Source: Eledone cirrhosa (lineage: Eukaryota). Taken from it: a DNA stretch of 64,000 nt. The DNA lies in assembly GCA_964016885.1 (NCBI GenBank), contig OZ024760.1:23746001-23810000 (forward strand). Reading direction: 5' to 3'. This document shows, in pieces, positions 1 through 13,559 of this stretch. Under the pieces are notes generated by a model. That model had not been told where the DNA came from. It ran no database searches and worked only from the letters and a program-made list of their open reading frames with translations. Each line of letters opens with the position of its first letter. The stretch's first letter is position 1. A program made the translations under genes and the position numbers.

Positions 1-67
1 CACTTACTTAAATGTAAGTATGTATGTATACGTACATACATATATGTATACAGACGTACAGTAGCAA

Positions 68-116
<49 letters not shown>

Positions 117-289
117 TATACACATATGCATACAGGTACACATACATATATGCACGCATCAGTTTAGCCTACGTTTATTATAACGCCGGCCGCTTTGTTC
201 GTTTGTTTGTTAACAAAGCGAACAGCCTGAATTTATGCCATACGGTGTTAAGGCAACCACGTCACCTTTTTGTTCAACACTGACACAGG

Positions 290-334
290 AACGATGTACT
301 AGTTTCAAGCTTGTTAGCTATCATCAGCACCGTT
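290..334 (-). ncRNA. Type I hammerhead ribozyme (R1 copy 1)
   Basis: Minus strand reads AACGGTG-CTGATGA-T-AGCT-AACA-AGCT-T-GAAA-CTAG-TA^CATCGTT. Stem I is 7 bp with one GU, stem II is 4 bp, stem III is the palindrome ACTAGT, and the cleavage site is GUA. Confidence 0.9.
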
Positions 335-569
335 TACCCATCTGCCAGATAGTTGAACGTTCGAAAGTATATACTTTCCTTATGAAAATTAACGGCTGAG
401 CAGCCTAATTTGCATATAGAGTGAGTTAAATCGGTCAGGCATACCGAAAACGATAAGTTGAAAAAAATGAAAACGAAATTTCATTTCTCACTCTTAGTAT
501 GGCACTTACTTAAATGTAAGTATGTATGTATACGTACATACATATATGTATACAGACGTACAGTAGCAA

Positions 570-620
<51 letters not shown>

Positions 621-793
621 TATACACATATGCATACAGGTACACATACATATATGCACGCATCAGTTTAGCCTACGTTTATTATAACGCCGGCCGCTTT
701 GTTCGTTTGTTTGTTAACAAAGCGAACAGCCTGAATTTATGCCATACGGTGTTAAGGCAACCACGTCACCTTTTTGTTCAACACTGACACAGG

Positions 794-838
794 AACGATG
801 TACTAGTTTCAAGCTTGTTAGCTATCATCAGCACCGTT
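794..838 (-). ncRNA. Type I hammerhead ribozyme (R1 copy 2)
   Basis: Identical to 290-334. Confidence 0.9.
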
Positions 839-1073
839 TACCCATCTGCCAGATAGTTGAACGTTCGAAAGTATATACTTTCCTTATGAAAATTAACGGC
901 TGAGCAGCCTAATTTGCATATAGAGTGAGTTAAATCGGTCAGGCATACCGAAAACGATAAGTTGAAAAAAATGAAAACGAAATTTCATTTCTCACTCTTA
1001 GTATGGCACTTACTTAAATGTAAGTATGTATGTATACGTACATACATATATGTATACAGACGTACAGTAGCAA

Positions 1074-1122
<49 letters not shown>

Positions 1123-1295
1123 TATACACATATGCATACAGGTACACATACATATATGCACGCATCAGTTTAGCCTACGTTTATTATAACGCCGGCCGCT
1201 TTGTTCGTTTGTTTGTTAACAAAGCGAACAGCCTGAATTTATGCCATACGGTGTTAAGGCAACCACGTCACCTTTTTGTTCAACACTGACACAGG

Positions 1296-1340
1296 AACGA
1301 TGTACTAGTTTCAAGCTTGTTAGCTATCATCAGCACCGTT
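1296..1340 (-). ncRNA. Type I hammerhead ribozyme (R1 copy 3, in the loop of the terminal fold-back)
   Basis: Identical to 290-334. Confidence 0.9.
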
Positions 1341-1531
1341 TACCCATCTGCCAGATAGTTGAACGTTCGAAAGTATATACTTTCCTTATGAAAATTATAA
1401 CACCGTATGGCATAAATTCAGGCTGTTCGCTTTGTTAACAAACAAACGAACAAAGCGGCCGGCGTTATAATAAACGTAGGCTAAACTGATGCGTGCATAT
1501 ATGTATGTGTACCTGTATGCATATGTGTATA

Positions 1532-1584
<53 letters not shown>

Positions 1585-1817
1585 TTGCTACTGTACGTCT
1601 GTATACATATATGTATGTACGTATACATACATACTTACATTTAAATATATATATATATCTATATATTATATTTATACATTTATATATACATATATATATA
1701 TATTTATATATGTATATATATATAATATATATATAATATATATATATATATAGATAGATAGAGAGAGAGGGGGGTATTGAAACATAGCCAGGTAGATAGA
1801 TGTTTAGGTAGATAGAA

Positions 1818-1864
<47 letters not shown>

Positions 1865-1892
1865 GAGACAGACAGATAGATAGATAGATAAT

Positions 1893-1932
<40 letters not shown>

Positions 1933-2896
1933 CAGATAGACAGATAGATAGACAGATAGACAGACAGACAGATAGATAGATAGATAGATATATTTATCCT
2001 ACCATAGCCCCCAGCTATCAATATTCCTTATCGTATTGGCCAACCATTTCAACACATCACCTTGATTGATTTTTTTGCCCCTCCCCGCCACTCTGGCAAG
2101 CTTTCAGATGTGTATTCCCAAATTTACCAATTGACAACGCCACCAAGTCATCCCTGTGTTTTTGATATGAACAATTAGATTATCGAAGCTTTTTTCCTTC
2201 CCCCATTCAGTTTTCTAATGATTTTTAGCATATTTACAGCAGAGCGAATTCACCCCCATCAACATCACCAACGCCATTGCAACCACCAGTATCTCTACAA
2301 CAACAACCTCCACCACTTTGAACGCCTTCGAAAAACTTGCTAATGTATTCACACATTAGTTCTTAAATTCGTTGGCTTACGGCCAAATTTAATTTTGCAC
2401 CTTATCAAAAATATCTCACAGAGACCAACGAGCAAACTACCAACTTAATGTAGTTCACCGATGCTGACAATGAAGTTAGCTAACCTTCACCCTTTCATTT
2501 ATATATATTTAAATGTATATATGAATGTATATATATATATGTGTGTGTGTGAGTGTGTGTGTTTGTGTGTGTGTGTGTATATATGAATATGTATATTTAT
2601 TTATTATATACATGTGTATATATATATTATATATAAATGTATTATATACAAATATATATATTACTTTATATACGTATTATATATAAATATGTATAATTTA
2701 TGCACACACAAACATATATATATATATAACATATATATATATATACAAACATATATATATATATATAACGTATATATATATATATATATGTATGCGATTA
2801 TCTATTTATTTATACATTTGTGTATAATATATATTTATGTATATATATATTATGCACACATGTATATATATATATATACGCATGTATACACACATG

Positions 2897-2989
<93 letters not shown>

Positions 2990-3019
2990 GCGTAATATAC
3001 ATATAATGTAATATAATAT

Positions 3020-3199
3020 AATTGTTTCTACTTGTTGGCACAAGGCCAGCAATTACCCAGTACATTACTGGTACTTTATTTTATCGACCCCGTAAGAATG
3101 TAAGGCAAAGTCAACTTCAGCGGGATTTGAACTCAGATCGTAAAGGGTCGTAACTATGCTGGAAAGCATGGCAGCCGACTCTCTACGGATACTGACAAT
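3020..3199 (-). mobile_element. tRNA-derived SINE (dominant family of this window)
   Basis: Minus strand shows an A-box-like head, B-box GAGTTCAAATCCC, central TTTGCCTT..CATTCTTACGGGGTCGATAAAATAAAGTACCAG and an (ATT)-like tail. Many other copies occur in the window. Confidence 0.85.
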
Positions 3200-3871
3200 C
3201 GATATAATATAATCAAAAATATAAGACAAACAATCGAATGGGTATTTACCTTGAGGTTTACAAATGTCCTTGCCTTTTTAAAAACGATCTTAAGATGAGA
3301 AGGTTATTCATTTATTCACAGATGTGTTAGTTTTGCTTGCTTTTGTATTCGATATTTAGCAGGGATAGTTATGTATTTTTCTGAAAACATATATCAGATG
3401 ACTATGGGAGTATGTGTGATTGTCTGTGTATTGACGCTTGTGTTTATGCATAAACATTTAATATATCTTTCATAAAGTTTATATATATATATATATAAAT
3501 ATATATATATATATGAAATCAAACGCTATAGACACGTTCAAACGAATGCGCAGAGAAGAAGACAAAAATAAATAAATAAATAATAAGCAGATTAAAAAAG
3601 ATGGCGTAGATATACAATACAACAGGAGGAAACATAATAGCACCACTGACTATGTTGCAGATGTGAAACAAAAGAACTTTGTTAGACTATATATAGGTGT
3701 TTGCGTCTATATTATATCTGTATTTTTGACCGTTGGTCAGTCAAAGGTAAACATTGAGGACCGAATAAATTAACTGATATAAAAGATACAGAAGCGAAAA
3801 CCAACCAAACAGTGAGTGTGTTCCGCTATCAATTCTGGAAATATTATTACAACAATATGACCCATCCCCAA

Positions 3872-3931
<60 letters not shown>

Positions 3932-3936
<5 letters not shown>

Positions 3937-4059
3937 GATGTTATATTTAATTTGTTGGGATACAACAAGCACAATATTTTTATAACTGATATAAAGTACT
4001 TGAAATATGTATAATGAAATAAATATGGTTTTATCAATATAGTTTCCATTTATTAATAT

Positions 4060-4124
<65 letters not shown>

Positions 4125-4203
4125 AAATGGAAACTATATTGATAAAACCATATTTATTTCATTATACATATTTCAAGTACTTTATATCAGTTATAAAAAT
4201 ATT
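3932..4203. mobile_element. Family B PLE-terminus fragments, rearranged and inverted across a (TA)n tract
   Basis: Matches TTGTTGGGATACAACAAGC..AACTGATATAAAG and ATGGAAACTATATT..AAAACCATATTTATTTCATTATACATATTTCAAG of other family B copies. 4121-4203 is an inverted copy of ~3974-4053. Confidence 0.7.
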
Positions 4204-4210
4204 ATATATA

Positions 4211-4297
<87 letters not shown>

Positions 4298-4728
4298 GCT
4301 TTAATTCATTATAAACTCCCAGTCGGTGACATTAATAACCGGATGGTTATTTAACTGTTGATTGCCAAAGCCCTATCGTCACGCATACTGTTACCTCCTC
4401 CGCGACCAGCTTTGTTGTTATGTAGTGTTTCACTTATGTCCTCTCCTAAATTATCTAGATCATGAAAGAGATTATAAGAAATTGATATGAAAATCAGCAG
4501 GTGCATATGTTTTTACTTGTAGCATGATCCTCCCAAAATATGACATTAGTAGAATCGGCAACGGGTGGCAACGACGCATAAAATGGAAACTGAAAAGCAG
4601 GTGGGAGATTCTGTATAAGTATGTATATGTATTTATATATATGTATATATATATACATATACATATATACATATATATATATACATATATATATATACAT
4701 ATATATATATACTTATATATACATATAC

Positions 4729-4779
<51 letters not shown>

Positions 4780-4781
<2 letters not shown>

Positions 4782-4891
4782 AACCAGTAAGACCCCGACA
4801 GCTGAGCTCAAGCCGTTTCGACGGCTAATTCTGGACTAAATGAAAATGTATCCTGGTATTTAAATAGCCGATCTTCTCAAGGGGTAATTCC
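4780..4891 (-). ncRNA. Full-length type I hammerhead, U3-A8 core variant (family A, inverted arm)
   Basis: Reverse complement of 5036-5147. Confidence 0.75.
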
Positions 4892-5035
4892 ATATATGGT
4901 CAAAGTGATTTTCAAAAATCAGTAGTAATTCTGTGGTTGCAAATTAGTAGGGGAGATGGTTTAGCCACCATCTCCCCTACTTATTTGCAACCACAGAATT
5001 ACTACTGATTTTTGAAAATCACTTTGACCATATAT

Positions 5036-5147
5036 GGAATTACCCCTTGAGAAGATCGGCTATTTAAATACCAGGATACATTTTCATTTAGTCCAGAATT
5101 AGCCGTCGAAACGGCTTGAGCTCAGCTGTCGGGGTCTTACTGGTTCC
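5036..5147 (+). ncRNA. Full-length type I hammerhead, U3-A8 core variant (family A)
   Basis: GGAATT-ACCCC-TTGAGAA(5047-5053)-GA-T-CGGCTA..TAGCCG-TC-GAAA(5108-5111)-CGGCT-TGAGCTC-AGCTG-TC^(5130)-GGGGT-CTTACTG-GTTCC. All three stems close and the site is GUC. Confidence 0.78.
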
Positions 5148-5230
5148 TATTACCCACTCTACTACCTCAAGTATTGAGTACTTTGGTGCGTTATGGTCCA
5201 CCTGGTTCCTTACCACATTTCCTTCGTTAC

Positions 5231-5267
<37 letters not shown>

Positions 5268-5462
5268 AGTATATATATATGTATATATATATAAGTATAT
5301 ATATATATGTATATATATATAAGTATATATATATGTATATATATATAAGTATATATATATGTATATATGTATAAGTATATATATATGTATATATATATGT
5401 ATATATATATATATATGTATAAATATGTATATATATGTGCATATATATATGTATATATATGC

Positions 5463-5493
<31 letters not shown>

Positions 5494-5501
5494 GATATAT
5501 G

Positions 5502-5532
<31 letters not shown>

Positions 5533-5554
5533 ATATATATATGTATATATATGC

Positions 5555-5591
<37 letters not shown>

Positions 5592-5598
5592 TATATAC

Positions 5599-5673
<75 letters not shown>

Positions 5674-6010
5674 GATATATATATATATGTATATATATAT
5701 AATATGAAAAGAGAATGAGTAAGACTGGCAGACAGATTTCGAGGTGTTGAGGCACCGGAGACCACTAAACATGTGAGTACTCAATGCATGGGAAGATGCA
5801 GAGTGGCTGTAGTTATAGGTAAAACCCTGACTGGTGTCAGCAAGACCTCGGCTGGACAAGCTGAAAGTCCTTGGCACTACTGTCAGGATTGTATTTATCG
5901 ATCTATTTCTCTCACTTTATAAATAAATATATATTCATTAGTTAACCAAAACAAGATCACGAAATTCACATAGAAGGCATTAGTTAAAGAGTGCCAACTT
6001 AGTTGCAGTT

Positions 6011-6079
<69 letters not shown>

Positions 6080-6231
6080 CGTATGTGTGTGTGTGTGTGT
6101 CTGATGGTAGCTAAGATGCTTCCATAGCCGGTATGCCGATTGAGCTGTCCGCCGGCGAATCAATCGGAACACAATACATTAAGTTCAGATGCATCACTGA
6201 TTTTTCGTTTTCTACTATCTCTCTCTCTCTC

Positions 6232-6302
<71 letters not shown>

Positions 6303-6305
6303 GTA

Positions 6306-6350
<45 letters not shown>

Positions 6351-6351
<1 letters not shown>

Positions 6352-6472
6352 CAAAAGTTCTATTTAAATTGTTGGGATACAAGCAAATATTTTTATAACT
6401 GATATAAAGCACTCGACAAGTATTTGGAGTAAATATACGATATTAACATGAATATAGTTTCCGTTTGTTAAT

Positions 6473-6477
<5 letters not shown>
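6351..6477. mobile_element. Family B terminus fragment
   Basis: Contains TTTAAATTGTTGGGATACAAGCAAATATTTTTATAACTGATATAAAGCACTCGACAAG, shared with 7138, 12780 and 55131. Confidence 0.7.
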
Positions 6478-6528
<51 letters not shown>

Positions 6529-6574
6529 GGTATGTATATATATACGAGAACGTTATATTGATTTTTCTCATCTC

Positions 6575-6620
6575 AGGCTGAACAAATTGGGACCCAGAAC
6601 CCAACGAAACTTGAGTACCT
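6575..6620 (+). ncRNA. Degenerate minimal hammerhead (family D-related tail follows)
   Basis: AGG-CTGAACA-AA-TTGGG-ACCCAGAA-CCCAA-C-GAAA-CTTGAG-TA^CCT, with G8 mutated. The downstream AAACTCGTCC..ACTGAGTGCTCT is shared with ~38331 and ~54941. Confidence 0.5.
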
Positions 6621-7023
6621 CTTTTAATTATTTATTCTAAACTCGTCCTATGAACTGAGTGCTCTCATTCTTGGATATTTCCACTTAAATTTTACTACAG
6701 TATATATATATATATGTATATATATATATGTGTGTGTGTGCGTGTGTGTGTGTTTGTGAGGGTTGGGTGTATGCGATGTGGATATATTAGAGGAGAATCG
6801 GCACTTGATTTTCAGATCCGTTCAAAAGGTTTCGCGATAATTATGACTCGGCAGTGGTTGCCTCCCTGAACTCTCACTTGACAGATTTATGAATATAATA
6901 TCTTCCTGTGAAAACTAATTATATTGTAATAAATTTTTCGAAAATTGCATTGTTGACAGCCGGGATTTAAATGAGAAATGTACAAATCCGGCTAGCTATA
7001 GTCTCCATTTCACACACACGGTT

Positions 7024-7490
<467 letters not shown>

Positions 7491-7552
7491 AAATATATAT
7501 ATATATATATATACATGCACGCCAAAACCTAATCCAGACATACATACACACA

Positions 7553-7639
<87 letters not shown>

Positions 7640-7642
<3 letters not shown>

Positions 7643-8005
7643 ATCAAAAGATGGTTTAAAGAGTTCCAAGTATTTTATTATGCGCCTTTCAAAACAAATA
7701 TCATCATGAGATTATATCTGCGTTTTCATTAGGTAAAAGAGGGATACATGATATGAGGGTTAAAAAAGACTTGTGAATAGTGAAGTTTTAAATCAACATA
7801 TTTTATCGACATATTTTATCTGATGAAAACGCAGATATCATCTCATGATGATATTTGTTTTTGAAATGCGCATAATAAAATACTTGGAACTCTTTTAACC
7901 ATCTTTTGATATTATATTATTCATACTCCAGTCCTACAAACTGTAGAGTGTTACTTATCCGATATTTGCATTGCTTTATTGTGCTACAATAAAACTCACC
8001 TCCTA
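7640..8005 (+). mobile_element. Family C fold-back element with tail
   Basis: 7640-7738 is an inverted copy of ~7812-7910. The tail ..CCAGTCCTACAAACTGTAGAGTG..AAAACTCACCTCCTA is shared with the 14213 copy. Confidence 0.8.
7812..7882 (+). ncRNA. Minimal type I hammerhead (family C)
   Basis: TATTTTAT-CTGATGA-AAA-C-GCAGATATCATC-TCAT-GATGATATTTGT-T-TTT-GAAA-TGCGCA-TA^ATAAAATA. Stem I is a perfect 8 bp, stem II is long, and stem III is the palindrome ATGCGCAT. Confidence 0.88.
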
Positions 8006-8227
8006 CATATATATATATATACATGTGTGTGTGTGTGTGTGTTTGTGTCTATGTGTATGAGTAAGTTTGTGTGTTTAACTTTGGTTTCCATATACACACA
8101 CACACATATATATACATATATATAGAGGGAAAGAGGTGGGGTGGATGGTGTTTCAGCGATAGATAGATATATATGTAGGTAGGTAGGTAGATAGATACAT
8201 AGATATATAGATAGATAGATAAATACA

Positions 8228-9100
8228 TTTCTGTATTAGCCACAAGGGCACAAAAGAAGGGGACAAATACAAATGGGGAGTTTACATACAGGTATATGAA
8301 AATAAAACTATTAATAAAATAACAAATAACAATTGAATTCCCCAATAGGGGGAGGCGTTACACAGGGATTGTACACAACCCAAAAAGAAGTACAACCCTC
8401 ATCTCCAGAAGCACCAAGAGTGAGTACTCCCTTCCTCTCTTCCTCTTTTTTCCTCAACCTACAGGCTTATATAGAGAGAAGGCCCAACCACTCGGGCCAT
8501 CTCTGCCACATTCACCCACCTTTTATAAAACTTGCTGGGGTAAAGCACTTCTCTCTCCACCCTGATTCTTCTTCCAAAATGATATTTGAAAAAACGAATC
8601 AGTTGCTCTCCGGAGAGAAAGGTGTCTGACCTCAACCCTTTTAACCTCGTCCATCATATAACCTCTTTCACCATAGCCAACACATAGGAAAACCGCCTCT
8701 CCCTCGTTTTTGAAGGAGGGTGGCGGTTTGATCATGACAATGGACTCGGTGGTCAACTGAATTGGTCCCACCCAGGACAATAGTCGTTCTACATAGCCCC
8801 AGAGGTCGGTAACGCCTGGGCAGTGTACAAATGCGTGTGCGACGGTTTCCTCGTCGCGCACGCATCTCGGACAGATCTTTTTCGAAGAGTCCCTACCCGG
8901 GCGCCCATGTCTGTAGAGTTTGTCTCGAACTGGTAGAGCTCCTCGGTAGCACTGCCAGGCCAAGGATTTTGGTAGTTGTCCATTGGTCCCGGGCGGAAGG
9001 TCCTACCGAACAGACTGGCCAGTTCGTCCTCCTCTACGCCTAGAGTTTCTCCGAGCGTGTCGTCGCACTTGGTGCGGACCAACCCTCTATAGAGCGTCGA
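8228..9100 (-). mobile_element. 3' fragment of a Tx1/L1-type LINE (ORF2 C-terminal zf-RVT-like zinc finger)
   Basis: ORF 8523-8963: WQCYRGALPVRDKL..CPRC..EETVAHAFVHCP..LW (CxxC-x8-H-x4-C). Flanked on both sides by (GATA)n. Confidence 0.8.
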
Positions 9101-9135
9101 AATAGATAGATAGATAGATAGATACATAGATAGAT

Positions 9136-9186
<51 letters not shown>

Positions 9187-9735
9187 ATATTGGTGTGCGT
9201 GCGTATCTCTACTTTCTAAGTCACCATCTCCTCTCTAATTGTGCATCCCTAGACTCATTTACGAGAAATATTCCAACGTCCAACTTTAATGGATAATTCT
9301 ACTTAGAAGTTTGTCGTATCTTTCTCCACTCCAAAAACCATTAACTTGATTGCTTTGACACCTTTAATTGGTTCCTGTCTCAAAGACACTCAAACACAAA
9401 CATATAACAAACATAACAAATAATATAACAAATATAAAAAGCAAAATGGAGGAAAGAGGGGAAGGCGGAAATCTCACTTTTTGTTAATATAATTGGCTTA
9501 TAGGATATTCGGGATCAATCTGTCGTTCATTTCTTTAGTGTATATATATGTATGTTTTCACTTTCTCTTAATTTCGAGTATATTTTTTTGACCGGCCACC
9601 TTCCTGGTGGCAAAGTTGTAAAAGAAAAGAAATTGTCATCCCTTGAATCGCAAGAATGTTTTGCATATTTTGAAGGTGCCAGCTATCGCAGCCATTTGTA
9701 GACTATGAATTAGGGAGCTGCGCTTTTTGTCCGCA

Positions 9736-9791
<56 letters not shown>

Positions 9792-9793
9792 GG

Positions 9794-9856
<63 letters not shown>

Positions 9857-9858
<2 letters not shown>

Positions 9859-10002
9859 AACGAGTAGGACCCCGACGGCTGAGCTCAAGCCGTTTCGACG
9901 GCTAATTCTGGACTACTCGTCCCTATTACCCACTCTACTAACCTAAGAATTGAGCACTTTGGTGCGTTATGGTCCACCTGGTTCCTTACCACATTTCCTT
10001 CG

Positions 10003-10004
<2 letters not shown>
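9857..10004 (+). mobile_element. Family A short copy (inverted partial HHR arm plus tail)
   Basis: Same left boundary (TA)n-GGAAC and right boundary CCTTCGTTA-(TA)n as 4777-5229. Confidence 0.8.
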
Positions 10005-10070
<66 letters not shown>

Positions 10071-10319
10071 ATATATATATATACACACACATACACACAC
10101 ATACACACACATACATACACACACATACACATTCACACATACATATATATGTATATAACCGTGTTATATAACGTATCAGTATAGAATCAGAGTTAAATAC
10201 ATGAAAGTGTTCAGGAATTTCGAAATGTAAGTTAACAAAAATCGATTCTTATAAAACACAGTGAGTTCAGGGTTTGCTATATCTGGGTTAACTCCGAAAG
10301 TGTGTGTATATAAATAATT

Positions 10320-10385
<66 letters not shown>

Positions 10386-11020
10386 GTGTCTGTGTATTTA
10401 TATATATATGTATATATATACAAAGATAGGAAGAGTGAGCGACAAACGAAATGGGTGTGAGGGGTGAATGTTACTTGTTAATATCTTGCTATTGATCCAT
10501 TTGGATATATGGAATATTATATGAAAAGATAAAGGATTGGGAATATGAAATAATGTATTGTTATATGTGTAGTTTGGGTGTGATTGTTCCAAGTAAATAG
10601 ATAAGTATTGATTCGCAACTCTATTTGGAAATGAGATAAAGATAAAGGATTGAATATATCAAAGACTTATCAGGATTATTTGTGTATATATATATATATA
10701 TATGTAAATATATATGTATATGTGTGTGTGTATATGTGAGTGTGTATTTGTGTGTGTTTGTATGTATGTGTGTGTATGTGTGTGTATGTATGTTTATGAG
10801 TGTGGGTATGTGAGTGTATGAATGAGAGCGGAAAGACTAAAAGTATGTGTGCATGTATATAATTGTGTATGTGTTGATGTATGCAGACATGTATGTATGT
10901 GTTTGTAAGTATACATATATTTATATATACTTAGTCCCTAGTATATCGTTCTTTGAAACAGTCATCGTCACAATTAAACCGCTGCACTCGATAATTTAGG
11001 CGGGCAGATATAAGCCTTAG

Positions 11021-11068
<48 letters not shown>

Positions 11069-11178
11069 TGGGGGTGTAATCTATATGTATATCTATATAT
11101 ATTGCTTACTAGCCGACTATATATATTTAAATACTAATTATACATTTATATATCAAATATATATATATATATATATAT

Positions 11179-11288
11179 GTAACAAAGGAATTGTGGTAAG
11201 GAACCAGATGGACCATTACGCACCAGAGTACTCAATACTTAGGGTAGTAGAGTGGCAAATAGGAAAAAGTAAGACCCCAACGTCAGAG

Positions 11289-11291
<3 letters not shown>
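11179..11291 (-). mobile_element. Family A tail fragment
   Basis: TAACAAAGGAATTGTGGTAAGGAACCAG..GTACTCAATACTTAGGGTAGTAGAGTGG. Confidence 0.75.
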
Positions 11292-11369
<78 letters not shown>

Positions 11370-11381
11370 TGTTTGTATACA

Positions 11382-11427
<46 letters not shown>

Positions 11428-11736
11428 CATTCTGCTCTAATGGTACAGTGGTCACAGCATTTGATATTTGAGTTCTGCAAATAGTTGTAAATTTGCACAT
11501 AGCATTACTAGGCTGTATAACCACCGTGGAAACACGGAATAAATTACCTTTTTATGATGTCTACCTGTTATTATTCATTCTTTATCTACACACCGGAATA
11601 CAGAAGGATCAGGAACTAAGTTTCTTCAACAATTCTTCCATAACTCGTTGAGTAACCTCTCACCGTACGTCAACCATAACCAGTGTAGTAATTAACCATT
11701 ACTGCATCTAGGATAATCCTACTCGTAATATATATA

Positions 11737-11777
<41 letters not shown>

Positions 11778-12369
11778 GTCTGTGTGTATGTGTGTGTGTA
11801 TTTATAAGTTGAGCCACTTTATGCAGGTTCATATGCAAGTGAGATTAATCACCGTATTTACACAAACTAGAAAAGCATATATTCTCGTCTGTTTTCAAAT
11901 TCAAGCAGTTGTAAGTTTGGCCAGGATCGTGTTGATGAGAACCAGTAAATTTAGAAATCCATTACCACGATTGTCCCCCATGTTTCTGGACACCAGCAGA
12001 CGGCGTTAGTCACTGTTTTGGTGTTTTGGCATAACCCGGCTCTCTAAATGTTAATTTTAAACATACCGTATTTCCTCTGAAATAGGAAATTCCATCACAT
12101 ATCTGTATACATCTCTGCCTGAAGCTAAATTGTGATTATACATATATATATATCTATATATATGTATGTTTGTGTATACATGTCTATGAGTATGTGTGTT
12201 TGTGTGATCCCGGGTTCAATTCGGGGTTAAAAAAAAAAAAAACAGTTCCTTCGAAATAAATATAATAAAGCATATATTTTCATTATGTGACTATCTTCAT
12301 TTGTTAATATTTTGAATAATATTAAAACTTCAGGAATATTTAACATGATTCTATGTGCATAATTTATAG

Positions 12370-12404
<35 letters not shown>

Positions 12405-12418
12405 GTATACACACACGT

Positions 12419-12483
<65 letters not shown>

Positions 12484-12518
12484 CACACATATACATATAT
12501 ATATATATATATATATAC

Positions 12519-12850
12519 GATAAATTAACAAATGGAAAGTATATTTATAAAACCATAAAGCTCCCGGATAGACTATCCGGGAGCTTCCAACAGAAATGGT
12601 CGCATTCTTTAAGGGTATGTCAATATTTATTTATAAAACAGCTCTATATCATATTTTATCTGATGAAAGCACGCCATAATTTAACTTGGTGTCCTTGAAA
12701 TATGTATACTGAAATAATTTTGGTTTTATAAATATAGTTTCCATTTGTTAATATATCGTATTTTTACTCCAATTATTTGTTGAGTGCTATATATCAGTTA
12801 TAAAAATATTTGCTTTGCTTGGTGTATCCCAACAATTTAAATAGAACTTC

Positions 12851-12852
<2 letters not shown>
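12519..12852 (+). mobile_element. Family B element with short inverted 5' arm; HHR at 12652-12716 (+)
   Basis: TATTTTAT-CTGATGA-AAGCACGCCA..TGGTGTCCTT-GAAA-TATGTA-TA-CTGAAATA. Junction hairpin AAGCTCCCGGATAG-A-CTATCCGGGAGCTT. Confidence 0.8.
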
Positions 12853-12941
<89 letters not shown>

Positions 12942-12984
12942 TTATACACACGTATACACACACATACATTTATATATATATATA

Positions 12985-13473
12985 GAGATTTCTTTATTAG
13001 CCACAAGGGCGCAACAAGAAAGGGGACAATACAAAGACATGCCGGGGATTTTACATACAGTCGTGTAAAAAATATAAAAACAAACAATTTCAACAATCGA
13101 AATCCCCAATAGGGGGGAGGCGCCACAAATGGGTTGTTTAATACCCCGTCGATAGAACAACCCTCAACTCAAGGAGCGTGTTGTGCAAGTGCTCCTTTCT
13201 TCCTTTTGCTCTCTTCCTCAACCTACAGGCTTATAAACAGAGAAGGCCCAATCACTCGGGCCATTTTCGCTTCATTCACCCACCTTTCAGTAAATTTACT
13301 GGGGTGCAGTGCCTCTCTCTCCACCCTGATTCTCCTTCTAAAGTGATACTTAAAGAATGGAATCAATTGTTGTCCGGAGAGAAAGGCATCTGTCCTCAGT
13401 CCTCTCAACCTCGTCCACCATATAACTTCTTCCACCATAGCCACCGTACAGAGGAAAACCGCCTCTCTTTCGT
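12985..13473 (-). mobile_element. Second 3' fragment of the Tx1/L1-type LINE
   Basis: Homologous to ~8228-8710 (TATTAGCCACAAGGG..CCTCAACCTACAGGCTTATA..GGAAAACCGCCTCT). Confidence 0.75.
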
Positions 13474-13498
13474 TTTATATATATATAGAGAGATAGAT

Positions 13499-13559
<61 letters not shown>

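Larger units (their letters stand above)
1..1644 (-). mobile_element. Tandem array of a 502-504 bp non-coding unit with one hammerhead per unit and a terminal inverted arm (retrozyme-like / non-autonomous PLE, family R1); truncated by the window start
   Basis: The unit restarts at 1, 503 and 1007, and units appear to differ only in (TA)n length. 1398-1644 is the reverse complement of 1014-1256. There is a minus-strand AATAAA downstream of each HHR. Confidence 0.85.
4777..5229 (+). mobile_element. Family A fold-back element in (TA)n: ~184 bp inverted arms plus an ~80 bp unpaired 3' tail
   Basis: 4777-4960 and 4967-5150 are near-perfect reverse complements with loop TTAGCC. The tail ends CCTTCGTTA-(TA)n. 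Confidence 0.85.

Noticed and set aside
408-415. Octamer motif ATTTGCAT in each R1 unit as an snRNA-type promoter
   Set aside because: A single 8-mer with no recognisable PSE is insufficient evidence.
4777-5150. DNA-transposon MITE interpretation of the fold-back elements
   Set aside because: The arms are asymmetric with a one-sided tail, junctions vary between copies, and the arms contain hammerheads, which fits PLE retrotransposition better.
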